DNA of 64,000 nt from Octopus bimaculoides (lineage: Eukaryota). Below, in pieces: positions 13,269 through 26,928 of the stretch. The first letter of the stretch is position 1, and the number at the start of each line of letters is the position of its first letter. The stretch is taken from contig NC_068989.1 of NCBI RefSeq assembly GCF_001194135.2, positions 94,691,223 through 94,755,222 on the forward strand. The letters run 5' to 3'. The position numbers and the translations under genes are program-made. The notes under the pieces are model-generated. The model saw only the letters and a program-made list of their open reading frames with translations. It ran no database searches and was not told the DNA's origin.

Positions 13269-13376
13269 TAATTAAAATAATATTAGCCATTGACTAGTAT
13301 GTTCCTTTATAATAACACAACTATTTCTAATTAGATTTTTTTGAAAATACCCCAGATTAGATTACAAATCAAAACG

Positions 13377-13445
13377 GAGTGAGACTGAGACCGGAACCAT
13401 GTAGTTGAGAAGTTAACTTCCTACCACACAGCCACGCCTGCGCCT
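13377..13445 (-). mobile_element. CORE-like SINE head only
   Basis: Reverse complement reads AGGCGCAGGCGTGGCTGTGTGGTAGGAAG..CATGGTTCCGGTCTCAGTC. Confidence 0.65.
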
Positions 13446-15198
13446 CTTCTAGAAGACAATTTTATAATTTTCCCATTTTGTTTTCCAGTGCTATTAAACC
13501 TAAAGACAATTAGCAAGCGAAGGAACACTGAACCACATGGCAGCGCTTCCACAAACCCGTTAACATTACTCTTACTACACTACTTCGTGGGCACTTTGTC
13601 AATAAACCATACTGCATTACAGAAAAGGAAGGTAATACGATATCTCAATGCAATCTCTATTGTCATCTGTATTTCATAAATGTGTAGACAATAAAACAAA
13701 CAAAAGAAACACATTCAAAGTGAGGCAAACGATATAGTTTCTGATTTTTACCAAGGCCTGCAGCGTTCCCGCCCTGACACACAGTGTGCACATTTCATCA
13801 TCCAATTTTGATTTATGTTCTTGATTAATAGGATGTGGTTCAGCTTTGTAGATCCCGTGATCTCACAGCTTTCTTCGCATATCTATCGATCAGATTTTAG
13901 TGTTTCTGCAGGGAAGATATATTATTGAAATAAAATAGTTAAATCTATCGCATATCCTATTTATTTCTTATTCTGAACGTGAAACTCCCGTTTTTGGATT
14001 TATGACCAGTAAGTCAATAAATCTATTGTTGAACACTGCAGGGACACAATTTTCTTTTCTATCGCTAATGAGAAATGTCTCTTCGCCTTAAATCAGACGC
14101 CATATTGCTTCAGTAAGAATCTGTGTTAGCAATAGTTTACATTGTAAGGCGGCCGGCACTTGGCGAAAAAGAAAAGAATGATAATTTATGGCACAGATGT
14201 ATTCCTTGGTAAATTAAAATATTTATTGCAAATTCTTATATATCATATACAAATATCCAATAAATATTTCTAAAATTGATGATTTAAAAGTCTAAATTTC
14301 TTATTTATGTCATGCTAGAGAGAAACTTGCAAATGGTTCTGAGTTAATTAAGCGAAATCTGAATTAAAATGATGTAAGATATTATAATATATTTCGCTGT
14401 TTTAAGAGATAACTGCAATTAAAGGAACGTCATTGTTTTGATCTAATTTTTTCCAACATTAATTCTTTCAGTTGCATATATATGTGTTTGTGTGCATGTA
14501 TATAAATACACACACGTACATGCACACATATATACCTGCATACGTATATGAATTCCTCTTTAGCGACGAAATCACTATTAGTTCAATTTCGTAATCTGTA
14601 TGTCATACTTAGACCATGTCATACTATTGAAATCTTTCTAAGTTGCAGAAGTCACCTCGGGAAGCTGCTCTAAATTATGGGTAGTGCTAAAAAATGCAGA
14701 AATACATCAACAGCAAGCGAAAATTGATATGCTTCATATATATGCTTGAATTATGGTATATTGATCGCTAATTTTAATGAATTGTACTTCCGTTCATAAT
14801 AATAAATGATATGCATCTTGCTAGCTAAATACGATATTAGTGATTTTTCAATCAATATTTAACTATATCTACTGGTGGCCGATTTTCACGTAGCATGCAG
14901 TATCAGTGTATAATTATTACAGCTGAAGCTAAAAGAAAATCTTTCGTGTATGTATATATAATGGACTAAGGGTAGCAGGAGCATACACGAAGACGGAAAG
15001 TGTCACTGAAGAGGTCACAAATGTGTGGCGAAAGATTTCCGGACAATGGACATGAGTTAGAATAAGAACAGTAATAAACGAGTGAAAAACGAATATACAG
15101 TGCATGTGATTACTTAGCAAAAAAAAAAAAATTACCATCCCGAAATACAACACACGGTTTCACATCAGGAATATTGCAACACGAATCCATAAACTTAA

Positions 15199-15311
<113 letters not shown>

Positions 15312-15818
15312 TTTGTGTATTCATTTGGCAAGGTGTGACTCTTAGTCTGCAATCATATATTGGAATATATACAGCACTGTTATGTTTCATTTCACCAATG
15401 GAAATTCCTGCACTCGTTTTTACATCATGTCAGTGCGTCAGACAAAATGCCGTGCGGGGTTTAGATTCACTGCTCTGCTTTCTTAGTTCAAATACCACTG
15501 TGGTTAATTTTGCCCTCATTTCATTCCAGTTATCCCCTACCACCACATTTCTCGTCTCCCACCATATCCTATACCTCCCAGCAAATTCTTAGTCTTGTGC
15601 CTATCTCAAAATCAATAATGAGTGTCGGTTAACTAGTAAACTAATTTATTGATCAATTGCTTGATGAAACATTTTATGGAGCCATCAGTAAGTTTTTCTG
15701 CGTCCGTTGTCATAATATCCGACTTTATAAACGGCATGCTTTCATCTGCTTTTCTCAATGCTAATGTTCATCACTTATTAGTTTTAAATACTTGGCCATG
15801 GCAGATGTGACCAATATA

Positions 15819-17058
15819 TCTATATATATAAAGATGAGAATGTGTGTCTGTCTGTCTGTCTGTCTGTGTGAATCCCTAAAACTCGAGAACTACACAACTA
15901 ATTTCATTCAAATTTTACAGATGCCTTACTTAGGGTTCCAGTTGTGTTTTAGTCAAAAAACATTTTAACTTCTTGCAGAGTTCGAGCCCACAGCAACATA
16001 ATATCTCCTCCACTATTTAAGTATTACGTGTCAAAAGTGAAACAAAAACGCTCATGTCAAATACTTTCACTTTAAAAATGAAACTATTCTACTAACTGAA
16101 ACAATCACATANNNNNNNNNNNNNNNNNNNNNNNNNNNNNNNNNNNNNNNNNNNNNNNNNNNNNNNNNNNNNNNNNNNNNNNNNNNNNNNNNNNNNNNNN
16201 NNNNNNNNNNNNNNNNNNNNNNNNNNNNNNNNNNNNNNNNNNNNNNNNNNNNNNNNNNNNNNNNNNNNNNNNNNNNNNNNNNNNNNNNNNNNNNNNNNNN
16301 NNNNNNNNNNNNNNNNNNNNNNNNNNNNNNNNNNNNNNNNNNNNNNNNNNNNNNNNNNNNNNNNNNNNNNNNNNNNNNNNNNNNNNNNNNNNNNNNNNNN
16401 NNNNNNNNNNNNNNNNNNNNNNNNNNNNNNNNNNNNNNNNNNNNNNNNNNNNNNNNNNNNNNNNNNNNNNNNNNNNNNNNNNNNNNNNNNNNNNNNNNNN
16501 NNNNNNNNNNNNNNNNNNNNNNNNNNNNNNNNNNNNNNNNNNNNNNNNNNNNNNNNNNNNNNNNNNNNNNNNNNNNNNNNNNNNNNNNNNNNNNNNNNNN
16601 NNNNNNNNNNNNNNNNNNNNNNNNNNNNNNNNNNNNNNNNNNNNNNNNNNNNNNNNNNNNNNNNNNNNNNNNNNNNNNNNNNNNNNNNNNNNNNNNNNNN
16701 NNNNNNNNNNNNNNNNNNNNNNNNNNNNNNNNNNNNNNNNNNNNNNNNNNNNNNNNNNNNNNNNNNNNNNNNNNNNNNNNNNNNNNNNNNNNNNNNNNNN
16801 NNNNNNNNNNNNNNGGGTCTTTTTATTATCACTATGACACACATAGTCCCCAGTTGGTAACATTGATTTCAAGGCCCTCCTAGATGAGAGACTGGCATTC
16901 CACTTAATATCTATGTTCCATGCTGGCATGGATTGGAGAGTTATTAATGTAGAAATATGGTATCATAGCTACTAACAGTTGAGGGTTGCGTAGTCTAGAC
17001 GGCGTTTTTAGATTTCATTATTCTCTTTAACCCGGGCAAAGCCGGGTATTTCTGCTAG
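15819..17058 (+). mobile_element. Non-autonomous Helitron spanning an assembly gap
   Basis: 5' A|TCTATATATATAAAGATGAGAATGTGTGTCTGTC at 15819; 3' hairpin CCCGG-GCAAAG-CCGGG (17031-17046) then CTAG|T (17055-17059). That both ends belong to one copy is an inference across the gap. Confidence 0.65.
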
Positions 17059-17068
17059 TATATATATA

Positions 17069-17525
17069 TCAGATCATCCCATAAGTTCTGTCCGAATTTT
17101 GAATAAAGAAAACAAGTGATCAAATTTAATTGTAATTTCATCGTCAATGTACTTTCCCTGATTATCTATGATTTCCTTCCATCTATTTACAAGCTTTTTA
17201 TTCCCTTCAATGTTAAATTCTTTTGGTTTCAAAGCGAAAAACTCTGAAATGTCAGTTTCGACCTCCTCCTGGCTTGCGAAAGTTATGCCCCCCAAATGAT
17301 TCTGTAAACTACGAAACAAATGGTAGTCTATAGGAGCAAGGTCGGGAGAATAAGGTGGATGAGGAATTTTTTCCTAACCAAGCTCTTCGATCTTCTGTGA
17401 TGTGATCTTTGCAGTGTGGGGTCGCGCATTGTCCTGATGAAACATCACTCCTTTTCGATTCACTAAAGCGGATCTTTTTTTCTTCAACGCTTGGTTCAAA
17501 CGCTCTAAACGCTCTAATATACTCC
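17069..17525 (-). mobile_element. Mariner (DD34D) transposase 3' remnant with one TIR
   Basis: Minus strand LVNRKGVMFHQDNARPHTA..HPPYSPDLAPIDYHLFRSLQNHLGG..KLVNRWKEIIDNQGKY; TIR-like end TCAGATCATCCCATAAGTTCTGTCCG next to a (TA)n tract. Confidence 0.88.
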
Positions 17526-17907
17526 GGTCGGTTCCTTCCTTATTGGAATCATATTACACACACACACATAACCACGCACACACACAAATACGCGCGCGCG
17601 CGCGCAAACACGCGCCTTGTAAATATACTTATAAGTTTTAACCGTATACTGACTATAGAAAATAGCCTAGTATTGGCTCCTATAAGACCACAGCGAAAAG
17701 AAATGGCATTACCATGCGTGGGAATCGAACCTACAACTTTACTTTCACTATAAGTATGCTGATTACGCCAGCATACTTCCCATCCATTTCTACCCCACCA
17801 CTAAATTTAGAAACTATGATTTCATAGTAGTAAATATATCCGTATTCTGCGTAAGTTAAGAAACGGTGACAAGGTGAATTTCTATGCAAACAAATTTCAC
17901 TCTATTA

Positions 17908-18005
17908 GCGTGGCATCTTGGGCAAGTGTCTTCTACTATAGCCACGGGCCGACCAAAACTTTGTGAGTAGATTTGGTAGACGGAAACTGAAAGAAGCCCG
18001 TCATA

Positions 18006-18058
<53 letters not shown>

Positions 18059-18270
18059 GTGTATATGTTTGTGTGTCTGTGTTGTGCCCCCCAACATCGC
18101 TTCTCAACCGATGCTGGTGTGTTTACGTCCCCGTAACTTAGCGGTTCGGCCTAAGAGACCAATAGAATAAGTACTAGGCTTACAAAAAATAAGTCCTGGA
18201 GTCGATTTGCTAGATAAAGGCGATGCTCCAGCATGGCTACAGTCACATGACTGAAACAAGTAAAAGAGTA
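17908..18270 (+). mobile_element. CORE-like SINE, 5'-truncated, complete 3' tail
   Basis: GCGTGGCATCTTGGGCAAGTG ... CAGCATGGCTACAGTC..CTGAAACAAGTAAAAGAGTA. Confidence 0.88.
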
Positions 18271-20936
18271 TATAAATCCTAGACCGTGTGTGTGGTATTG
18301 ATGAGCCACAATAAAGGTGAAATATCATTATCTACTACTCGGTTTCATTTCGAGGCGAGTTGCCTTGCCTGGTCTGTGACATTCAGGTGTTCTTAAACAC
18401 TTAGCGCTATTTAGGGAGATTTCCGAAGCTCTTGTTATCTCACGTCCTTATTTCTTATTGTACCCGCAACGATATAATGTTATTTTGTCCTGTCCTCGCA
18501 CATATTACTCAGCTTTTCTCTGTAGCTCTCTGTCTCTCGTTCTCGTTAAATTACAGTGATCTTGGTTTTACATAGCGTGAAACCACTAAAACAGCTGCAA
18601 ATGTTCTTTGTATCGTGTTTTCGTGTTCCTTTTCTGTCCGTTATGTTTTCGCTCAGTTTTCGTCTATTCTTCCCCTGCTCTGTCTAACTTTTGAATATAT
18701 ATATATAATAGGTTGTTCAGTGTCCTGTTCTTACTGACGATGATAGATTGTGATTTGAGAGAGTGCTCTCTGATACTTTTAGCAGATTTTGTCGAATCAC
18801 GTGGGTTGTACCTGGCAGGTTCGAAGTAAATTTGTTTATTTTCAGATGAACCCAGATCGAACAAATGTTTGTTAAAAAGCATCCCCGCGCTGCTTATCTC
18901 ATTCTATTTTGTATATTAGGATTTATATATTGTCTCATATGTACTTCATGTAAAAAGGTAGAGTTTTATTAGAGAGATGTAAGCATTTACGTTTATTTAG
19001 AGACTAGCTGGTATGTATTATGGCACTCGACATGAAGCAAAATATTGTTACCGACGATAAAATACGCATACCAGATGTCTATGAGAAAACAATTTTTGTT
19101 TCTCACACCCTCTCGCTTTGTCTTTACTTTCTGTTTCATTATTTCATGGAGATGATTGGTATACAAGAGAGTGTGAAATACATGTCATTTAAGAAGAGTT
19201 TTATAAGTAGTGATACGAACTACTGACGCTATTGCGATTTCATATATCGATATACTTACAAGAGCATCACTATAAAAAGGATGTGCATAATTATTTGACT
19301 TCACGAATTTCAAGGAATATTTCTGCAGGATTCTTTTTTATTTTTACAATTACTATTAAATATATCCCACGTAGCAGAATATCGTTTATCAATAGACATT
19401 ATGTGTATTCCAGCCATATGGTGACGTAATTAAACCTGCTAATTGAAAGACTGTTCTTAACCAATCGTTCACAGAAAAAGCAATATAAAATATATTGCTC
19501 AAACATATGAGAGAATTCTTTTAACGATTACCACAATAACGTGCTTCAAAGCTACTTTGTTCAATAAAATTCATGTCCTAAAAAGAAGTTAGAAATTCGA
19601 TTATACATGTCTTGACCACATGTTACCTTATTTGCAATTGTATATTTATTAATGGTGTTGTTTGTGTGTATATACAAGCTATTCTAACTTGTGCCGGAGT
19701 TAATTTTCATAAGCAGTGAAGTAATTAGGAATTTTCTCTAATGCGATATTACATATAAGAAAGAGATATAGATTTATTTGATATTTGTAACTATTTTATT
19801 ATCGCACTCATCCTTTAGTTGCGACATTTTACGTTCTGATTTCAAATCTCGTTCTGGTGAGATTTGGCCTTTCATCTTCCCGTAGTCATGAAAATAAATA
19901 CCTCTCAGGTACTGAGTTTATATAATCAAGTTTGGCCACCTTCACATTTAAGTATTGTGTCTAGGTGTGTAATCAATATTTCAATGTAGTGTCTAATGAT
20001 TAACTTAACGTCGTTAGGGAACCAGGTAAACATTGCTACGATGACGATACAGGTCTTTGAAGTGAGTATTTCCACCTCGCTGGAAATAAATTTATTTTGG
20101 ACACTCAGTATTAATTGAATGTTACGTCGTTTGTAGTTTTGCGCTCAAACTTAACCCCAAAATTTAGACAGTGACATTAGGAAATGACCATAAATTGTTC
20201 ACATTTTAAATTACAATATTTAGATATCGTTTCCAGGTGTTCGTTAGATGACAGGAATTGGTTTAAGTCTAGAGAAATCAATTTATGTTAGCTGTCTTTG
20301 CTGTTTCCTCTGATATGGTCTATCATTATAATTGCTCCAAAGATGATTATTCGGTCTTCATTTCAAGCATTGCATATCAAGGACATTTGTTATAAATCTC
20401 TTAATCAAGGAGGAAACGCAGTGTCGAAGAGGATTTACAGGATCTTTGATACTGGTGCAAGAAAAGAGAAAGGTATTCTTAATCCTAAAACGGTGGGAAA
20501 GAGTTAGATGTATGTATCAAACAGGCAAAACGGGTGATTTGTATACTTATTTTCACTTTAAATTAGTTGAAAATCTATAACAATAAAATTTACAATCTTA
20601 TGAAAATGTTCCGTAAAATATCCCCTTCCATTTCATGATGGAAAATATGTAAAATTATTGCAGCATCAATTGATAACGATAGAATTTCTCTAATGAAACA
20701 TGAATTGATGATGTCCGCCGTTTAAGGATTAAAGAGGTCCGAAACGGTTCCATCAGATTTAGTTCTAACAAATTCACTTGAGGACTTGGATGTATAGTTA
20801 AGCCGAATGACTGATTAGGTCTCACCCAAGTTAGCCATGGTGGGGTTTGATCTCAGAGCGCAAAGGACGGAGCAAACCTCACAAGATATACTGCCCGCCA
20901 GACGATTTGATATTTCTACGCGTCCACCGCTGTAGA

Positions 20937-21153
20937 TTTTTCTACTCTAGGCACAAGGTCCGAAATTTTTGGGGAGGGAACCGGTCGATAAGATCTACCT
21001 CAGAATGCAACTGGTAATTAATATATCGACCCCGAAAGGATGAAAGGCAAAGTCGACCTTGGTGGAATTTGAACTCAGAACGTAAAGACAGACGAAATAC
21101 TGCTAAGCCTTCCGCCCGACGTGCTTTCGTTTCTGCCAGCTCCCCCCGCCTTC
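20937..21153 (-). mobile_element. Full-length Meta-like tRNA SINE with 13-bp TSD
   Basis: Core GGATGAAAGGCAAAGTCGACC; flanked by CCACCGCTGTAGA at 20924-20936 and 21154-21166. Confidence 0.9.
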
Positions 21154-21369
21154 CCACCGCTGTAGACTGGAAAGGTGAGGAAATCATAAACAGATCTTTC
21201 GTCGCTTCTTTATAAGTTTGTTCGATTCGTTCAGATGAGTGGGTTGTGAGAAAATAAGATATTTAGAGTGACACTGTGACACTGGTGGACTATAAATGTT
21301 ACGCGAGTTTTGTTGTTAGGTTTATTAGGAAGCCTCTTTTATTTATAGAATCAGCTTCATTGTATTGCA

Positions 21370-21538
21370 AACTTCTACAAATTATGGTTTCAAAATTTTG
21401 GATGGGAGGAGACTAGTCGTTGACATTGACCTCCAGTACTCAACTGGTATTATTTTATTGACACGAAAGGATGAAAGGCAAAGTCGAACTCAGCAGAATT
21501 TTTACTGAGAACGTAAAAACAGACGAAATGTCGCAAAT
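21370..21538 (-). mobile_element. Degenerate Meta-like SINE
   Basis: GGATGAAAGGCAAAGTCGA core and CAGACGAAAT motif. Confidence 0.65.
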
Positions 21539-21798
21539 AACATCGAACAATATAAAAGTATAGAGTACTGTGCTGATTATAGTTCGAGGATTAATCGTGG
21601 TGTGGGAAGGTCATGGTGGAAGTTCTAATATGGTAGATAGTACATTACAAAACTGTAATAAATGAAAGCTTACAGGTGACTTCGTTTTTGTTTAAATCAC
21701 ATTTAAAATAATTGAACAACAACTTTGAATATGATTTATAATTCCATATCATAAATTATTTATCATGGCTACGTAATAGGAATATATGTATATCGTAA

Positions 21799-21959
21799 GC
21801 GCAGGAATGGCTGTGTGGTAAGTAGCTTACTACCAACCACATGGTTCCAGGTTCAGTCCCACTGCGTGGCACCTTGGGCGAGTGGTTTCTACTATAGCTT
21901 CGGGCCGACCAAAGCCTTGTGAGCGGATTTGGTATATGGAAACTGAAAGAAACCCATCG

Positions 21960-21994
<35 letters not shown>

Positions 21995-22050
21995 TTGTAT
22001 GTGTGCCCCCCCTCCTACATCGCATGACAATCGATGTTGGTGTGTTTCAC
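21799..22050 (+). mobile_element. CORE-like SINE, 3'-truncated
   Basis: GCGCAGGAATGGCTGTGTGGTAAG..GGTTCAGTCCCACTGCGTGGCACCTTGGGC. Confidence 0.88.
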
Positions 22051-22279
22051 ACACGAGCGACAACGGAGGTAACTTTGAGCCTGGATTACTCCATAGTAAT
22101 ATATCTGTATGTGTAAGATTTTTCTCGCTTCCGTCAATTGTGTCTGTATTGGCAACTGAAAGTTGAATGTGTGCTTTGCTTACGTTTTCTGTCTTTTTCT
22201 TGTAAATGTGTTTTTATATAATTTTACAAACAGTGGGTGGATGTGTATAGATGTTTTCGCATCGTTTATGTGTAATTTA

Positions 22280-22322
<43 letters not shown>

Positions 22323-23189
22323 GTGTGTGCGTGTGTTTGTGAGTGTGTGTGCGTGTGTGCTTGTGTGTGTGTATGTGTTTGGTACTGGTTTGTGTGACTT
22401 AGTTTTGACTTGATGAATGTCTTGGTGGTGCTGTTATGGGAAGGATGTATCTTTACGTATGTGTAAATGATTGCACTGAGTCGAGTGTGTAGGAACTGTT
22501 TTATGTGCGCGCGCATATTTTTGGGTGATATTGACAAAGTGTTCGGTGGGGGTGTTGCTTTTGCGTTATGTTCGGTTACGTACGCGTGCATGCTGTGCGA
22601 ACAACTTCGCTGTGAAGACATTTATCAAAACCAACGCAGAATATCTAAATACTTCAAACCAAATAGCACCACAAGCGCAAAAGTGAACCCCCACCCCACT
22701 ACCAACTAACACACGTAAGCAGACAGGAAAAAAAACACACACGCGCACACTCCGTAACAAACAACACTACTCGTGTAAATATGTACAAACCAAACAAACA
22801 AAAACATACGCATATGTGCTCCACTTCCACGCATTCCTACAAACAATCAGTCTCTACGAATACGTATGACGTTGGCAAACACTTTCCATGAAGACCCTGT
22901 TGCACGTCTACACATGATATATAAATGCACCCTCACACAATATTTAAACAACACACTCTAGTACAACAAAACAGACACACAGACAGACCCAAAGCAAATC
23001 TGCACACATACAAACACACATCGCTAATTTACATCCACAGGCGCTGTTTCTAGATTACCTCCCTTTATACATTCATTAAAGCTAATTCGTAAAGACGTTT
23101 CATTCAGATGACAACAGACACATACATGCACACACACGCACACATACACACGCACACACAGGAAAAATAACATCAACAGCAAATGATAT

Positions 23190-23345
23190 ACTTTTTATGT
23201 TACTTGTTTTAGTCATTAGCCTGCGGCCATGCTGGAGTACTGCATTGAACGTATCGATTCCAGCACTTTTTTATGAAAGGTACTTCTATCTCTCTCTCTA
23301 TTACTGAACCGTTATGTTACGAGCACATAAACAAACCAATCTACG
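23190..23345 (-). mobile_element. Degenerate CORE-like SINE 3' tail
   Basis: TTACTTGTTTTAGTCATTAGCCTGCGGCCATGCTGGAG is the reverse complement of the family tail. Confidence 0.55.
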
Positions 23346-24159
23346 TCTATTCTTTAGGTGTAACAGCCAGTAAACGCTGCGGTCTATCGGCCAGAAAGTT
23401 CTCGCACCTGCGCAGGAAATGTGGCGCCAGCTTTTCTCAAAAGATTTTGCCCAAAAAGATTCTGCCCACGCGGCATTAGTTTTGTCGGCAAAGAATAAAG
23501 TCGGATTCTTTTTGAACGCATCCGTACGTACAGACGTGTGCACACACTATGGTATAGGTTGTGCATGGATGTATATATGTACGTATATAAATACATTTTT
23601 AGATATACATTTTAGCTTTGGACATCGTTCCTATCGTATATCAAAAAAATACTTTAAAATAAAAGAAACCAAAGCAGACAATATGATTAAGGTACACATG
23701 GACTTAATGACTGCAGTGATAAGATTTTAAGCTTGTAATTATCGCTTTTACATAACAACATAACATCCTAGTGGTGAAACAATAATTTATTTTACTGTCA
23801 ATAACGAAAGAAAACATATTGTTTTTTTTTAGATAAACTTGATTAAAAAGTTATAGATCTGTTGTAGTTTCATAAATAAAATAAATAGCGCGATTTTATC
23901 TTCTTAGATAAGCTAATTATGAACAAATTTAAGTGTTAAATTTTGGAATAGGAACAAACTTGAATACCTCCGCAGATTAACGAAATATACAGAACCATCG
24001 CAGCACAAAGCACATTCATGTACATATGAAGATATTATTTCAACAACTAATGTCGTCATATTGAATGTCAGACAAAGTAATTCGATTTTCTATCATTGTT
24101 AACGTTTCTTTTTTTATTATAAATGTTAAATCATAAAGCATATATTAATAATAATAATT

Positions 24160-24356
24160 CGTTCAACTCCAAGCACAGGCTTAAACTTTTGGGGAAGTGA
24201 AGTTACATGAGTACACCAATACCAGTTTTCCACTGGTACTTTTTATTAACCCAGGAACGGAAGAAAGGTGATATTTTAAATAAGAACATAAATCAAGACG
24301 AAATGCCGACTAGCATTTTGTGCGGCGTGCTAAATATTCTGCCAACTCGCCGCTTT
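24160..24356 (-). mobile_element. Degenerate Meta-like SINE next to (TAA)n
   Basis: Head TTCTGCCAACTCGCCGC, CACTGGTAC, GACGAAATGCC; (TAA)n at 24357-24370. Confidence 0.6.
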
Positions 24357-24394
24357 AATAATAATAATATTGATAATCCTTTCTATTATAGGTA

Positions 24395-25629
24395 ACTGGC
24401 CCACCATTCGTCCCGAACGATTCGGCAAAATACTGCCGAAAAGCCGCACGCATCTGCTCCGGCTCATTACCGTGCACCCATTTTGGTCCACCAAAGACGA
24501 ATGTTGTTTTTGTTGCCATTTTGCGCCTCAGCTACCCGGGCCCATCGGGCAGCATTGGTTTCTTCTTGTCTCACAGCACGTTTCTTAGCTCTGACAATGC
24601 ATCCTTCGTGCTTGGCGTTGAAGTATTCATCGAGGGCCAACCTCGCTGTCAGCGCATCAGCTGCAATGCCGCTCCTAAGCGCTTCTTTTAGATTTCTCAC
24701 TAAATCACCCTCTAATCTATTTCTTTCTACAGCTAAAACTCTGTTAAATCTGATTCTACTTTGATGACTCTTTCTAGGTTATACCACCATTTATTATTGA
24801 CGATTGCCCCCGTCAAAACTTTCTGAACCAACTCTTTAATTCTGTCTCTGTAAGCTTGGCAGGCTGGGAGTGACGTGTTCAGCTTCCAGAAGCCGGGGCC
24901 CTGTCTACGTAAGCTATCGAAGTCGACCTTACAGGTCACCTATTTGTGATCTGTGTAGCCGACTATTTGAAATTGTGGACATCTAATACGATCCCTATCT
25001 AAAGACCTGCAAAATACTCTATCTAGATACGATCTGGATGTTCCGATGCGGTTTGCACATTTCCACATTGGCACGTTCGGGAAACCCAGTCGGTACCTGT
25101 CAGACAGTTGAAAGTGTCTGAGCAGGTTTGCGAGGCTTTTGTCACTCCCTTTCCTATCGTCTAGCCCCACACAATCCAATTTGTGCATCTAAGATGGCAT
25201 TGAAATCAGCCACTAACATTAAAGGTAGGAACGTACCCAGGAAGACCTCCAGACCCCTGAAGTATTCCGGCTGTCCTCACCTGTCGGTGTATAAACAGCC
25301 TCCAGTCTGAAGGCCTCATTGTTACTACCATTCACGTCCAGAACCACCAGTTTACCTTCTGGATCCAAGAAGACTAACCTTATTTTGAGATCCAGACCTT
25401 TAGAAAACAATACCGCAGTATTTCCACCGCCCACTCACCGCCGATACGGAGATGAATAGATCTCGTATTCATGGAAAATGAGCATGAAAGCTCGCGACAC
25501 GGTTAGTCTAAATTCTGTAACGGCGATTACATCTATTCCTCGTGACCTAAGGTCGTTGAGTAGGTGATCTTGTTTCCAAGCAGACCCCAGGCCACGTACA
25601 TTTATACAACCTATTTTGAGTATGACCAT
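24395..25629 (-). pseudogene. L1/Tx1-clade ORF2 remnant: APE endonuclease plus linker, truncated before RT
   Basis: Consecutive minus ORFs: KIGCINVRGL..IDVIAVTE, LDPEGKLVVLDV, SYLDRVF..YTDHK, GPGFWKLNTSL, EGCIVRAK, EQMRAAFRQYFAE; APE motifs and WKLN are diagnostic of L1/Tx1. Confidence 0.88.
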
Positions 25630-25639
25630 TTGAATGGCT

Positions 25640-26210
25640 GGTAAGGAGAAAAGGGAGAGGACTACTTACTGTTAGCGCTCTGGGGTGGGAGCGGAACAGA
25701 TGTCGCGCTCTTTCAGTGGGGTATGGTGGTCTCCATGACCAAAGATTTATAGAGACTCCAGAACACTTTTATGTCGAAGCCTCCAACTGCCTGTGGAGAT
25801 TAGGATTTTATGTTGCTGTATGTATGTTGTGATGTTCTAAGCATCTGTATGTGTGGTGGCGGTATATTAACCGTGGGCAAAGTCAGTCATTTTGATGTCT
25901 GTATGTTTCTTTATGTATAATAGTAAGTTTGTGTTATCTGTGTTTATGGCGGTAAGTTTTGTAGTGATTTTGTTATTTTCGTTTACTTCTTTTGTTGACC
26001 CTGTTGTGCCTTGCACTGTTGGCTGTGTGTGTAGTGTTCGTAGTGGTGGTGCTGGTGACGGTGTTTGGAAGCGTGTTGTTGTTTTCGGGTGATTTTAAAT
26101 ATTTGGGTGGGGGAATACAGCTTGTTTATTTCTTGGTGAACTGTTATGGCTTTTCATTTACTTGTTACTTCTGTCGACTCAGTTCTGTCGGCCTCTTCGC
26201 ACGACAAATA
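25640..26210 (-). pseudogene. Probable ORF1 C-terminal remnant of the same L1/Tx1 element
   Basis: Lies directly upstream of the ORF2 ATG; A/C-rich on minus; Thr/Asn-rich low-complexity stretch and GFDIKVFWSLYKSL segment; multiple stops. Confidence 0.5.
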
Positions 26211-26461
26211 AGTTTCAAAACTGTCTCCGCCGTCTCTGCGCCTTAAAAGGCAGAGAGAGAGACGACCAAAGTCTTTCCAGCACGTGCAACGCTTAGCAAC
26301 AGAAGGAAAAAGAAGAAAAGAAACGCGAGAAAGAAGAGGAAAAGAGCAAAGAAATTCAGGGAATGGACGCTGGTAGCATCGCAACACCTGTGGATCTAAA
26401 CCTTCCCACTATCACCCCTAACACGGGGACATTGAACACTGAACAACAACAACAACAACAA
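26211..26461 (+). mobile_element. Inverted copy of the LINE 5'UTR and ORF1 start
   Basis: About 90% similar by eye to the reverse complement of 26659-26969; ATG at 26363 gives MDAGSIATPVDLNLPTITPNTGTLNTEQQQ. Confidence 0.85.
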
Positions 26462-26845
26462 TTTGGAAAGACGTAACATATTTGTCAAGGATTAAGACAC
26501 TATGGTACGTTCGTTTGTATTGTCTATAATATCTGGAGGTGTGTTTATCGGAAGGCATCTTTCGCTTTTTCTTTCTAAAATGTTTCTGTAGTCTTTAAGA
26601 GATTCTACAGAAACATTAATGAATTCATTTCTAGGCTTTGCCATTGAAGCAAACCCTCGTTGTTGTTGTTCAGTGTCCAATGTGTTAGTCGTAGTGGTGG
26701 TAGTGGGAAGGTTTGGATTCACTGCTGCTGCGACGCTACCGGCGTCCATTCGCTGAATTTCCTTGCTCTTTTCCTCTTCTTTCTCGCGTTTCTTTTCTTC
26801 TTTTTCCTTCTGTTGCTAAGCGTTGCACGTGCTGGAAAGACTTTG

Positions 26846-26928
<83 letters not shown>

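Noticed and set aside
17712-17745. tRNA gene on minus (GTTGTAGGTTCGATTCCCAC)
   Set aside because: Only a T-arm/B-box-like fragment; no cloverleaf. Probably a decayed SINE head.
18790-18830. Cytochrome P450 PERF-like motif (FEPARYNP)
   Set aside because: No heme-binding FxxGxxxCxG follows, and there is no other P450 exon in the window.
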